Shown here in pieces: positions 20,701 through 31,207 of a stretch of 64,000 bases of DNA (the first letter of the stretch is position 1; each line of letters opens with the position of its first letter). The stretch lies in assembly GCA_040954595.2 (NCBI GenBank), contig CM082578.2, forward strand, positions 18,370,728 through 18,434,727. Direction: 5' to 3'. The DNA is from Balanoglossus misakiensis. Taxonomy: Eukaryota; Animalia; Hemichordata. The translations under genes were made by a program, and so were the position numbers. Below the pieces are notes generated by a model. The model did not search any database. It saw nothing but the letters and a program-made list of their open reading frames with translations, and was not told the DNA's origin.

Positions 20701-22341
20701 AATTATTCTGGGCCACTGCTTATGTTAGGTATGCAGCATGTCTTCTGTCGGTAAGCCAATTAGAATGGATGAGTTGGCGTCTGTGTGTCTGTCCACTTTT
20801 AACTCTTTCACCCCTCCCTGTTCCCACTGTTGCAGTCCAACCATATAATAGAAAAACAATGGACATGGGCCAAACCATAGTGGTGAAAGGGTTAAATTCA
20901 CTCAGCACTTTATGAGTGTGTGGCAACCTGCAAAATTTATATGTGTCGGCCATTCCTCTGATTGCCGATCTGGAGGGCAGTGTCTGAATTTCAATGGATA
21001 ACCATAGCAGAGAAGGGTGAATGGGGAACCCCCAAATGAACTTGGCCCATCCAACTTGCTTCTACTTCTAGGTGTGATGTGATGTTGAAATGCATACAAA
21101 TGCAGCCATCACTAGACTGGATGTAAAATCTTGACCTGCATTTTCAATTTTGATTAATTTGTGGAGAAATACTGAGTGAATATATTCATGCATGTGTATA
21201 TGTACTTGAAAAAATTCTCCCTATTGCCTTGAAGTAAGAAGTTGCAACATAATAGTGTTGAGTCAACCAGTGATTGTATATGTTTTTGTCATGTATAAAG
21301 TTTTCTGGAACAGATGTAATTATTTGTTCATGAAGTCAGTTAATTTCTGGTGCACTTTTCTCCCACAGAAATCTCGCCGAATCAACAGCCTGATGTTTCC
21401 TCTCTTTGTGGTTGCACTGTATTCGCAAGCACCCAGAAGGGTCAGCACGCCTCTGCTGTTCCGGCGTCCGGCGAACCATTCTGCAGATATGTCAACGTGG
21501 AGCTGTGTGACGCAGCACCCCACATCGGGGTGCAAGGCAACAAGGCCACGGTCTTGGTGGAGAACCCACATGGAGAGCACCCCACTGCAGTCAAGGAACT
21601 TTTAAAGCAATGTGCCGCTCTGTTTGGGCTGCGGGGCAGGAAACTCAAATTGTACAGGATGAGAAATCAGTCTGATGGTGAGTAGAGTTTACCTGACTAG
21701 CGGTTGGGAGATGCACAATGGGCAGATCAGGTACTCCTGTTTGTTTGTAGCTGGAGATCTTTCCACTTCACTTGCAATCGGTGTCTCTTGACACAACGGT
21801 ATTGACATCTACATTCCTGTTTGTCAGCCTAATCCCCGTACAAGCTGATCGTCAAGTCTGCTTCGTGATCCACGTCATCAGGGTCGAATTTCCAGTCGGC
21901 ATGCACAGATAGACTTCAAAATCACAGGGCAGTGTTGTGTGCTGGCAGCTTATATCAGCCATTTTCTTGCATCAACTTTTGCATTTCTGAAGATGGTTGA
22001 TGAGAAAAATATACCAAGTGTCAGTGACAATTGATGTGTTATCTGGATAACCATGCCAAGCTTCATTTAATTTAAGGCTGTCAGCAAGCTGCATTGTATC
22101 TTGCCATTCTGGTTGGGCTGTGACATTTGATAGCTAGACAGTTCCAAGTTCAAGTTACACACTTACAAGGACACAAGAATACCCTTGTGTATTTGAATCA
22201 GTGCATTGAAGTTTACACATGGTTGAGTTTCCATAATAAAACAATAATTTAATGTTGTTGTTTTTTGCAGAAATTTCCCCAGAATCTGTGCAGGACATGA
22301 ACACTCTTCATGCAAGCACATTGTATGCGTTTACCAAGTAG
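5614..22341 (+). CDS. IARS1: Cytoplasmic isoleucyl-tRNA synthetase, whole spliced gene (26 coding exons, 3816 nt, 1271 aa)
   Basis: Manually spliced exons join in frame with consistent phases. The protein runs from [11 protein letters not shown] to TLYAFTK* and has class Ia motifs HYGH (HIGH) and KMSKR, CP1 editing motifs WTTTPWT and GTGVVHQAP, plus [13 protein letters not shown] and [14 protein letters not shown]. Two C-terminal repeats contain VLLENP and VLVENP, as in eukaryotic cytoplasmic IleRS. Confidence 0.98.
6202..6358 (+). CDS. IARS1: IARS1 coding exon 2 ([18 protein letters not shown]...CHGLPV)
   Basis: HIGH motif HYGH; tag| and |gtaagt; 157 nt. Confidence 0.96.
6712..6831 (+). CDS. 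IARS1: IARS1 coding exon 3 (EYEIDK...YSKEWQ)
   Basis: cag| and |gtaaag; 120 nt; IleRS homology. Confidence 0.95.
7243..7377 (+). CDS. IARS1: IARS1 coding exon 4 ([12 protein letters not shown]...YRGFK)
   Basis: cag| and |gtgagc; 135 nt. Confidence 0.95.
7692..7776 (+). CDS. IARS1: IARS1 coding exon 5 (VMPYSTAC...VDPA)
   Basis: cag| and |gtgggt; 85 nt. Confidence 0.95.
8013..8229 (+). CDS. IARS1: IARS1 coding exon 6 (CP1 editing domain, [11 protein letters not shown])
   Basis: tag| and |gtgagt; 217 nt. Confidence 0.95.
8475..8535 (+). CDS. IARS1: IARS1 coding exon 7 ([20 protein letters not shown])
   Basis: cag| and |gtaagt; 61 nt. Confidence 0.93.
8799..8894 (+). CDS. IARS1: IARS1 coding exon 8 ([13 protein letters not shown])
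   Basis: cag| and |gtaagt; 96 nt. Confidence 0.95.
9200..9319 (+). CDS. IARS1: IARS1 coding exon 9 (DDYRVC...FAGQYVK)
   Basis: tag| and |gtatgt; 120 nt. Confidence 0.95.
9714..9904 (+). CDS. IARS1: IARS1 coding exon 10 (DADK...HSYPFCWRS...TYW)
   Basis: cag| and |gtgagt; 191 nt. Confidence 0.95.
10343..10543 (+). CDS. IARS1: IARS1 coding exon 11 ([15 protein letters not shown])
   Basis: tag| and |gtaagc; 201 nt. Confidence 0.96.
10669..10744 (+). mobile_element. Short TTAA/CCCT...AGGG MITE (piggyBac-like ends), degenerate copy
   Basis: ttttcaccaccatggttt...gaactgggggtgaaagggttaa; matches copies at 20.8, 31.2, 35.7, 47.6 and 57.4 kb. Confidence 0.65.
10797..10889 (+). CDS. IARS1: IARS1 coding exon 12 ([11 protein letters not shown])
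   Basis: cag| and |gtaggt; 93 nt. Confidence 0.95.
11034..11138 (+). CDS. IARS1: IARS1 coding exon 13 (MPYAQ...[12 protein letters not shown])
   Basis: cag| and |gtgagt; 105 nt. Confidence 0.95.
11329..11499 (+). CDS. IARS1: IARS1 coding exon 14 (KMSKR motif)
   Basis: [15 protein letters not shown]; cag| and |gtaggt; 171 nt. Confidence 0.96.
11656..11800 (+). CDS. IARS1: IARS1 coding exon 15 ([12 protein letters not shown]...RFHK)
   Basis: cag| and |gtgaga; 145 nt. Confidence 0.95.
12111..12162. repeat. (CT)n microsatellite
   Basis: Imperfect CT run; source of the ERERER ORF. Confidence 0.9.
12207..12327 (+). CDS. IARS1: IARS1 coding exon 16 (EEGIQF...RQEMA)
   Basis: cag| and |gttggt; 121 nt. 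Confidence 0.93.
12497..12588 (+). CDS. IARS1: IARS1 coding exon 17 (YRLYTVVP...[12 protein letters not shown])
   Basis: cag| and |gtaagg; 92 nt. Confidence 0.95.
13453..13652 (+). CDS. IARS1: IARS1 coding exon 18 (GEGG...[11 protein letters not shown])
   Basis: cag| and |gtgaga; 200 nt. Confidence 0.95.
14391..14493 (+). CDS. IARS1: IARS1 coding exon 19 (NELID...RDRKTLPLK)
   Basis: cag| and |gtatcc; 103 nt. Confidence 0.93.
14904..14987 (+). CDS. IARS1: IARS1 coding exon 20 ([10 protein letters not shown]...YILE)
   Basis: cag| and |gttggt; 84 nt. Confidence 0.93.
15273..15560 (+). CDS. IARS1: IARS1 coding exon 21 (ELNVRE...EAHSDND), ends at a GC donor
   Basis: cag| acceptor. The only donor that keeps both frame and alignment is GAT|gcaagt; 288 nt. 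Confidence 0.88.
15995..16090 (+). CDS. IARS1: IARS1 coding exon 22 (ILVLMDVT...IQKLRKK)
   Basis: cag| and |gtagga; 96 nt. Confidence 0.95.
16270..16446 (+). CDS. IARS1: IARS1 coding exon 23 (GKLVPVDD...QENVP)
   Basis: cag| and |gtgagt; 177 nt. Confidence 0.93.
17494..17529 (+). CDS. Candidate alternative IARS1 exon: 27-nt microexon VKNSTLDSQ (17494-17520) or short terminal exon [11 protein letters not shown]
   Basis: ttcttttcag| acceptor and CAG|gtaaat donor, phase 0-0. TGA at 17527-17529, then AATAAA at 17551 and 17555. Confidence 0.45.
   Translation, partial: VKNSTLDSQVN
18237..18291 (+). CDS. Candidate alternative IARS1 exon [18 protein letters not shown] (phase 0 to phase 1)
   Basis: ttgtag| acceptor and CATG|gtatgt donor; shares the tcaacact (STL) core with the 17494 candidate. 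Confidence 0.25.
19613..19775. repeat. Degenerate interspersed repeat with CCCTAA-like units and poly-G
   Basis: Repeated tcctggata, then ccctaaaccctagccctaacc and a G run. Confidence 0.35.
20317..20575 (+). CDS. IARS1: IARS1 coding exon 24 (LKGATL..., first UNE-I repeat, VLLENPKG)
   Basis: ttgcag| acceptor. Phase-1 donor CAAG|gtatag; the exact 3' end is less certain; 259 nt. Confidence 0.85.
20799..20895 (-). mobile_element. TTAA MITE, full-length copy
   Basis: ttaa-ctctttcacc...ggtgaaaggg-ttaa: terminal inverted repeats with TTAA on both sides. Confidence 0.75.
21369..21677 (+). CDS. IARS1: IARS1 coding exon 25 (second UNE-I repeat, VLVENPHG...LKLY)
   Basis: cag| and |gtgagt; 309 nt, symmetric phase 1-1. 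Confidence 0.92.
22271..22341 (+). CDS. IARS1: IARS1 last coding exon ([23 protein letters not shown])
   Basis: ttttttgcag| acceptor, TAG at 22339-22341; parallels the EISP start of exon 25. Confidence 0.88.
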
Positions 22342-23969
22342 AGTGACATCTATGCCCTTTGTAATGCACAACATGATTGTCATCTCAAAGACAAAACAGT
22401 GGCAGCCACGGTACCACCAAGTCATCACTCAAATATCCAGAGGAATTTTATTCTGCAGTAGTCTGTTGTATATTTCAGGCACTTTATGTCCCCTGACAAT
22501 GTGTTATTTTTGAAAAATCTCTAATATGAAATTAATAGCCACACCCATGTTTTTGAGGGCTTGTGATCGAATCAGTTGTTACCGCTCCAGAATTCACAAA
22601 CAGTGAGTAGCGTCTACTGCACATGTATTTGACAGTTCCTAGTTCAGGTCGTGCTTGTAATAAGAATTTTACCGTAGTTTGCTTTTGCTTGAAAAAATCC
22701 AGTGTTGCTTCATAACTGCATGTTGTCTGATATGTTGTCAACTTCAAGATGCCTTCTTGTGGAATAGACACCTAGACTTTCAAATAGCAGAATTTCGGAA
22801 TTAATTACCCTGTCCATTTGATTTATAAATGCCAGTAGATGCTTGCTGCAAGTTTCATGAGCTCAATTACACTTTAATGAGAATGATGTGACGTATCTGC
22901 ATATTCATGACACAGGTAAAACCTTTGGAAGACACCAACTTGTTCCGAGGAAATATTAAACTGCCACCATTCCATTTCCAAACTGACTGACTTTGCCCCC
23001 GTGTTGGACACGCTCAGAAATGTATGCATGCTCGTAGATATTTGTCAGTGTGGCAATAATCAGCGAAATGAAACCCCGCTCCCAGCAGACGCTTAATTTG
23101 TGCACAGTTGGTTTTGATTGACTCCTGTGATAATTCTAATGGACTTTCTCCCGCATCACCGGATTTGCTCAGACATCGTGGACACGCATACAAATGATGT
23201 GATTCAAAGCTTGTAGTCCGGATTAGAAATCTTGTGCGGTGTGTGTTCAGCGATGTGACTAGCAGATGAGGGAATCTGCTTGTGAGGACCTACACAAATT
23301 GTAGACAGAATGTATTTAAATATCCTGAGTCTGTTAACATGCAAATGCAGTGCCTTGTAACATAAATTTACAATTTTTTTTTAATTCTTTGCATCAGCTG
23401 TGTTATGTTTACATATGATGAACAGTTCTCTTGTGTCATTTGGTGGGCTATCGCTGTAGGATTTTCTTGAGTGTGTTTACCATATTCAGAGCATTGAGAA
23501 GCAATTGAGAATCTAAGGATAGAACATTAAAAGGGGACAAAGTTGAAACAATTTATTGTGGGTATAGTCATTATTTATGACTTTCTGTTTACTAAACCAT
23601 GTCGAGTCATTACTTGTTTGAGCTTGACACTTGCTCTTGCTTGAAGTGAACAATACAAATACTTCAATGAAATCACATCTGTCAGTACGGTACTTTGATA
23701 TGATTCATTGACTGTGCTTGAAATTCAATTTACATTTGATATGTAGAGAGTATAGGACTGTGAAAACAAATGATGCATAATGCCTGAGTCGAGGAATTCA
23801 ATACTTCACATTAATTAGAAACAGTTTTGTATTAAAACTGAGAAACTGTAATTAAAGATAATCTTTGAGGAAGGGCTCTTGTCTAGTCTTTACTGCTTTA
23901 CATTGCCTCGGAGAAATCAGAAATAAGATCTGTGGTACTTGATGATGCCTATCACTACGTCCAATCAGC

Positions 23970-24015
23970 AGGAGTTTATGGAGTGTAATTCATGAATTAC
24001 ACTCCATAGGAGTTT
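23970..24015. mobile_element. 30-bp perfect palindrome flanked by an 8-bp direct repeat (minimal DNA-transposon remnant)
   Basis: AGGAGTTT-atggagtgtaattcatgaattacactccat-AGGAGTTT. Confidence 0.7.
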
Positions 24016-25799
24016 GTGTGTGTGATGGGTGTACAGCACAAAATAATTCTACTTCCTCACATATTGCCACCCACAGACCACATATTTTGTGGTCTAGGCA
24101 ATGACTTGTTTTGTAAAACAAACATGACAATTAATTTCATTTTGTATGGGAAATGTCATCACTTTTGACAATTAGATGAAGAATGCAAACAAATATAGTT
24201 TTTCTGGTTGTTCTTTCGACTTTTATAATTGCAACAGGAGTATTTGGCCAACCAACCTCTAAGGCAAAGTGTATCTAGGAATTATTTACATGTACTGTGC
24301 AAAAATGTGAACATCGGCAGCGTGGGCAAATTCAGTGGTCGAGAAGAGGACAACGGCTGGAAGTGAGCCAGGGGTGAATTCGGTCAATCGGGAGCAACAT
24401 GGACGCGGTTTCGGAGCCATAATTGATGGGAAGACTATTTTGGATTATGGAACGACCTGCCATAGTCGAATGCTACTCGGAAATGTTATTGGGGTCAAGT
24501 GTAGAGGCGTGAACTGGTAAAAGCGTAGGAAAAACGTGATTTTGATATAAACCATCCCCCTCAGCTGGACAAAAAGATAAGTGAATTTTTATGGATTTTT
24601 GGCCAAAGAATCAGAAAGTAACTTTTGGTGGATTTTTTTTCACCAAAAGTGCGCCATCTTTTTTATTGTTCAAGTCTTCTCTGGCTATTTCTTCATCCCG
24701 AAATCTTCCAGAACCCTCCCCTGAATATCAAATGGTGAAAAATTAGCCGCAGTCACAATGGAAACCATAGATTTGGCAAATCACAGATTTAGGTATATGC
24801 AAAAAGCGTGCCACAGCATTCAAAGACTTAGACATAGTCATTTAATAATGCATGTGCGTGTGTAACTTCGCGGCAAAAGTAATACTACATGCTGGCATTT
24901 CTGAAGACGGTGATTTACTTGTGTCCACGAATGAAGAATAATAGCTTTGTGTGCAGCAAATGGCTATTTATCAAGCAGCCTCCAAAAACAAAACGCCACA
25001 TGCACTCATTTGAGGACAATCCCCCTTTCTTCAAAACCCATAGTATACATATGAGTATATACGTTTCCATAATTTACAAGACCAAATTAATAATGGTGTG
25101 TCTGTGGTTACCTGTACATACCATGAAATGCGGAAACAATTTGATGGCGTTCTGTACCAAACCAGTCCAGCAGCAGAGACTATCTCGGGCTGTGCTGTAC
25201 TAGCACCCGAAACCAGAAAATTGTACGCGTACCCCGTCACCATAAGCAACGAAACAACTTTGTGAAAATGACAAGTAAGTACATATATTTCACTCATCGG
25301 ATTGTTTGAACGTGCACAAAATAAAAATTAATTGCCATGTTTGCAAATAAAACGACACCAACGACAACAAAACACTTTGTCAAAAATGATAAGAAAGCAT
25401 GGGTTTCGCTTGTTGGAATGTCTGAACGACTATACAAAATGAAAGTTAATTGCCAGTGTTCTACAAAACAGGGTCACTGCCTAGTTCACAAAATATGCAG
25501 CGTGTGGGTGGCAGTATGTGAAGGAGTAGAATTTATTGGAAAATCTTCGGAGTATGTATTAACAGAGAAAACGGTTTCTCTTTTTTGTTTATTTTATAAG
25601 CAGTCTATTTCAGTATGCACCTCGCAAAATTCAAGTCATATTTTGCTCGAGGCAACTCTAGAATGTACTCTCTTTAAGTTAATAAAACTGCATGCAAATG
25701 TTGAATGAGAAATTTTAATTCCAAATAGCCACCAAAATTTCACGGTGGGCGCACTAAAAGTGGACGTAATCAGCTGCGAAAATTTCATTCGTTCCACGT

Positions 25800-25970
25800 C
25801 ACTATTTATAGCTCTGCGTGACGTCAAATATCAAGTGATCCTATTGTCTCAGTAGTTTCGGAGCTATAAATAAATACATGGATTGACCAGAGTCAATGAG
25901 CCTTTCAAGGCCAGTGGCCGGGTGCGAAGGTGTCGTCCACGTGATCCGTTTGGGCATTTGACGTCATCCA
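25800..25970. promoter_or_regulatory. CRE/MEF2/E-box motif cluster (candidate enhancer)
   Basis: CTATTTATAG 25802, TGACGTCA 25819, CTATAAATAA 25864, CACGTG 25938, TGACGTCA 25959. Confidence 0.45.
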
Positions 25971-27298
25971 TCCCGGGGTTACAGATTACATGGCTGGCCG
26001 AGTTTTTGTGGTGTCTGACGCGGTGCTCTAATTAATTTATTAGATTGTTCTGTCAACTTCAATTCCATGTGTGCAAGTCGCACCTGTTGCACGGATGCAC
26101 GTGGAAGTGATATGGTTTATAAAAGTCTCTGGTCATGTCGCTTCACCACACCTCGCTCTTCAAGATGTGCTGGCGGGAGTGCCTGATCGAAGCACTGTCC
26201 CTCCATGACTACAGAAATAAAATATTAAATGAGGGAAAAGAATTATGATAATTATCCCAAAAGTTGCAGCTTATGTGCCTTTAATGTTTGGTATATGCAC
26301 GGAATGGAATGGAATTAAATGTATCGTTGTACCTGGGTGTAAATTATATTTTAATATTTTTACAATTGTTGATGAATATGAAATGACCTGTGGCTATTCC
26401 CTTAACCAACCGTCATCGATCGACTGACTTTGACTCGTGGTGTTGGCTACGATACGAGGTCTTCGTTTTACTAGTAGAAATGACTTTTCCAAACCAATGG
26501 TACATAAAGGGAGGGGGGACGCCGACAAAAATAACTGCATTCACCAATCTTCTCATGAACCGGTTTTCATCTTCGGTCATTGAAGAAATATCGCAAGACA
26601 ATTTTCTGGCCCACGTCACCTCGGTGAATCTTACATGCAGAGTGTTATTGAAGTGGAAAGAAACTCCGTTTAGGCCCAGGCCTATTACTGAAGTCGTTTT
26701 TAGACTCACTAAAAACACCCAAATGCATGGTGCACTACATTTATTTGAGACTGTTCGACAACAATACACTTGCTCCACACCAGGGCTCCACATTAGGCAT
26801 GCATATATCGGATCGTGGGTTTTGCAGGAACAAAACGGACTGAAATACTAGTAGGCGTTACATGGCATCCACCACGGCCGTGTACAACGCCGAGAGCACA
26901 CAGACCTGTACGCAGAGCTATAGTAGGTGAAGTGCGTCACACGATTGTTAGTCGTGAACACACAATACTTTTAGTACAGATTATTTTTGGCAAATTTCCT
27001 ACTATCTTAGGCCACGGTGCGTCGATAGACTCACTCAGGACGGTGCGATACGTCATATACACTGCGATCAATTGGTATTACGTGGGCATCATGTGCCTAT
27101 GTTTTGTTATTTTTAGAACTCGAGCACAAAAATAGAAAAAGTTACGCAAACAAGATACTGTCACGGTAGGGTAATGATTCACGGTCATGACATTTTACAC
27201 CACCAAATGACGATAGACGCAAGTAATCGTCATTGTCGTCAGGACATATGCACAGTCACTACGCTTGTAATCACGTGAATTACCGTCAGGTAATATAC

Positions 27299-27322
27299 AA
27301 CCACCACCACCACCACCACCCA
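27299..27322. repeat. (CCA)n microsatellite
   Basis: About seven CCA units. Confidence 0.85.
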
Positions 27323-27499
27323 TTATTAACCCTATTAGTCTAGAGCCTTTATACATAGAAAAAAGGGGCGGACCAACCCATTCACAAGCACGACTGTGCC
27401 CCAGCGGCCTACCATTACTTTATCATGTTTATGAAACCGGGGTCCTTACTAGTAAAATGCGCTTTTCAGTGTTATAGGACAAGCGGTAACTTTCGCTTG

Positions 27500-28054
27500 T
27501 CATCTTATTTGGGCAAATAAAGAATAAAACGCGCCAAACCATGCGTCGCGCTGAGAATTCACAGGCAGTACTAATCACTGACATGACATGTCACTGGGAG
27601 GGATTCCCAGTGTTTTACACAAACAAAAGATGAAACAGCAAAGGCTTATGACGTCAAAGTTCCTAGGCAATATGCTAATTATAAACCGACGAATCAGGGA
27701 CTGAGTTGCGGCAAGCCTCGCCGTGTCACGTGGTTCATCTTGGGGTAGTCGAATCTGACCTGAGTTGACTACACAGGCTACGAATTTCGGCGGAAATACA
27801 CCTTGTTGAATGGAGTTGCAGATTTCAAGTGAAGGAGAAGATTAACAGGATTATTTTGTAACGCTTGTGCTAGCCAGAAACGAAAACGTCGGTCTCTTGA
27901 ACCTGGGTTTGGTTCAGATAAGCGTTGCTGTTTCAATCGTAAGTACATGTACTCCCCCCTGCTTTCTCCTTGCCCAGATACGGTCTTCTCCAGCTAAGCT
28001 CTGAACCTGCGACGCGACGACGTCGTTGCTGACCCCTCCCACTTTTTCGTGCAG
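27500..28054 (+). promoter_or_regulatory. CpG-rich promoter and probable non-coding first exon of an unidentified downstream gene
   Basis: High CpG; TGACGTCA 27649, CACGTG 27727, CGGAAA about 27791; donors ATC|GTAAGT (27939) and CAG|GTAAGG (28055). Confidence 0.5.
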
Positions 28055-29076
28055 GTAAGGTAGCCGAGTGAACTGGGGGTAGCAGCGACGTGTCGCAAAT
28101 ATTAATAATACATTCAGGCAAGCAAACGTCTGCGTCCGCGCCACCAATATAAATATATACTAACAAACCATGTAATTATTCATCAGTTTCCCAAGTTTGT
28201 GGTAGTTTCATCACGTCCATGGTGGTTTCATTGCGGCGCGTGCAGTACTACATGCAATATTTACTTTACGGTCCTTGAATGCGACCATGGACGATCACCT
28301 ATGTCTGTCTACGTTTGCAAGTTTTGCTAGTGAAACGACGTGACAGAGTCATTAGGCCTATATAGAACCTGCTGATAGTGATTATGAAGCACGGTGTCTA
28401 TTTCATATTACACTATTTATTGTATCGGAGTGTCTATTGACAGGCGCTTGTCAATAGCCAGTGTCGGATCGGCTTTAATATATACGCAGAAACCTGAAAA
28501 TTGCAACGCCGATATCCTATACAACTTGCAACTGTGACTTGCCCAGAGGCCAAGCCACCCACCGACCGACCCCAAGCTTTGTATAGAGGAAAATAAATGC
28601 GGAAGTACAATAACTGAAATTGCGGACAGGCGTGGTGTACAAAAATGTGGCTGTAGCTAAATTGTAAATGAAATGCTAACTCAGTAAATTGTAAGATGCT
28701 TTTGGTGTACATAATGGTATAGACCTTGTTCAGACTGTTGTGTACTCGGTTGAAGAGAAAATAGTTCCAAGTCAAGATAATGAACTACAAATAATAGTAA
28801 CTTGGTAACAACTCAACAGTTGTAAATCTTGGGATGAGATTACATTTGCTATGCTAGTAATGTACATTTGTACTTTACTACAGCTTCATGGCACTTACAG
28901 TAGCTAATACCTTCATGGTCAAACAAATACTGACCCCTGCTAGTCATTGTGCAGAATGATTGTGATGTAACATAAAGGTACGTCCACTGCTCGCTCCCCC
29001 AAATGATAATGGCCCTGATTAGATGCTAAATATTGGTTAATACACATGTAATGGGAGAAAACCATCCTGTGTGATA

Positions 29077-29584
29077 GTGAACACCTATTGCCTGGCCATG
29101 AGGGCCATAGCGGCCGTTTATTACACCCGAGGTTATTATTATTCTTATAATATACCTCATGCTAATACTGTGCCGTGATTCGCCAGAATCCGTCACGTGA
29201 TAGGAAAATAGAATCGACTATGAACCGCTAGGGAAATAGCAGAAAAAATATAAACCGGTCACGTGACCAACGTGGTCACGTCAATCAGCGTGCGTCGTCT
29301 GACACAATGGCCACCGCTGAAGATGTCGTCTGCCAGCCTCAAGAGAAAATTGCAAGATTTTCCCAGCTGTTAGCATGAGGTTTATTATAAAACACCTATA
29401 GCCTGGCCTATATTCGGGCCATAGCAGCCGTTTTTACCCCCTCGTGACTGTGAGTTACCAGAATCATATGCTATTTCCCTCGGCCTGCGGCCTCGGGAAA
29501 TAGCATGTGATTCTGGTAACTCACAGCCCCTCGGGTGTAATAAACGGCCGCTATGGCCCTCATGGCCAGGCAATAGGTGTTCAC
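29077..29584 (-). mobile_element. Non-autonomous palindromic element, copy B, with 56-bp inverted end duplication
   Basis: Palindrome 29391-29581; inverted repeats 29145-29165 and 29370-29390 (20/21); 29077-29132 is the exact reverse complement of 29529-29584. Confidence 0.85.
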
Positions 29585-31207
29585 AATGAACTGCGAATGG
29601 TACTTGGAATGGATCTCCCTCAGGTGCAACCCACTTCTCTGTTTTTCCCCTCCTGAAGCTGAAAATTGTTCAACATGTATCGGATTTTATCCAGCATAAT
29701 GTATAGATTGGGTGTGACAATTCTCATGCTTTTTGGATTACCACTGTTCCCGTAATTTGTGAAGGTGGTCTGTAAGTGTGAAGATTTGGCAACACTAGAT
29801 ATATGTGTTTGCCATTGGCCAACCAAATGCCTTCAGTTCTGAATAGAAATCCACACAGCAACACCAGATACAATGCCTTCTCTAACTCTAGACTATTATT
29901 AGTGCAATCCTGTCATGTACACTCTTTGGTTAAGTTTAGAATCTATCTGGCCAATGCAGGATGGATGTGAGTCTATACTGGGTGAATAAGGACAGGGACT
30001 TGTAATATTGTGGGATAACATATTGGAATCATGGGTGATCTAGTGATTATACCCAACATGGCCACAGGGGGCGCTGTGTTAGAAACTGTATGCAAAGGAT
30101 CATTGTAAATGATTTTCCTTTATTATTTGAGACAAAATTCTACAAGACAGTGATTGTGAGAAAAAAAGCGGATGTGATAGAAAATTGTTTAAAAGGTAAT
30201 GAGAAAAACATGAAAACATAAGTATATAAAAGCCATTAATTACCATGCTCTACATGCACTTTGTGTATTTTATCATGTAATGAGGTACATGTTATTTTTA
30301 TAGTCTAATTCTAATAGTATTTTAAGTGAAAGTTTCAGACTATAACTTGTGATGAGTGCATAATTGCCAGTTTCATGTGTGATACTGATAGTCCTCTCAC
30401 TTTAATTTACAATTCTCTAGTCTACACGTAACATTTTCCAGTTTGTCATCCTATTTGACAGAGTGGCATTGTTCTTTGGAATATTGGCAGTCAACTTGTG
30501 AAAGAGGGACAGTTAAATCTTAACACTGCTTTGACAATTGGTGATTGTATCATGACTTCATGGTTAGTTAGGCACATTGTTGATTGGTTGTGAAGACAAC
30601 ACCATCTGAGATTTTCAGGCCCTGCGAATCACTGGTTCTGATTACATCTTCTTGTCACTGTTCCAATTCTACTCCTACTTGATAATGAAAATAATCCGTG
30701 ATTAAGGTTTTTTTTTATGTAAATGATGAATTCAAAGAAAAGTTGGGAAAATGTAAAGTAATCATATTTCAGGGAAATGTTGGCAGGACAAGAGATTAAC
30801 AGCATCGAAAATGATATTAGCTAGTCAGAAACTGTGATTTATCTTTGATGCAATTTACTTTAATGGAAAACGTTGACCTGTAATGTTGGGGAATCTGAGG
30901 CCAGAGTGTTAATTTACTTTGCTACTTTGTCAGACCAGTTTCAGCTGGAATTTTGGATTCTTTTAATTTGTGGGAGTATTGGCACAATTTGGCAAAAGTC
31001 AAAGAAAATGGATTGCTATTGAACAGGGAATTTTTTTAACAAGATTAAAAACTGTTTTTCACTTGAGGCAAAAACAACAAATTTATATCTCGGCTCTTTC
31101 CTGTGACCAGTCTAACAACTTCAAATGGTGTGTTCTGGGGCAACTTGCACGGGTGCGTGTGTATATACATGTACATGTATATAATATTAGTCAAAATATC
31201 TCTGTAT

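Noticed and set aside
5593-21648. Minus-strand ORFs overlapping IARS1 exons (e.g. 9083-9523, 10741-11175, 15246-15548)
   Set aside because: Antisense shadows of coding exons with no recognisable domains or splice structure
26390-26851. 153-aa + strand and 126-aa - strand ORFs
   Set aside because: No recognisable domain or convincing exon boundaries; within chance for this base composition
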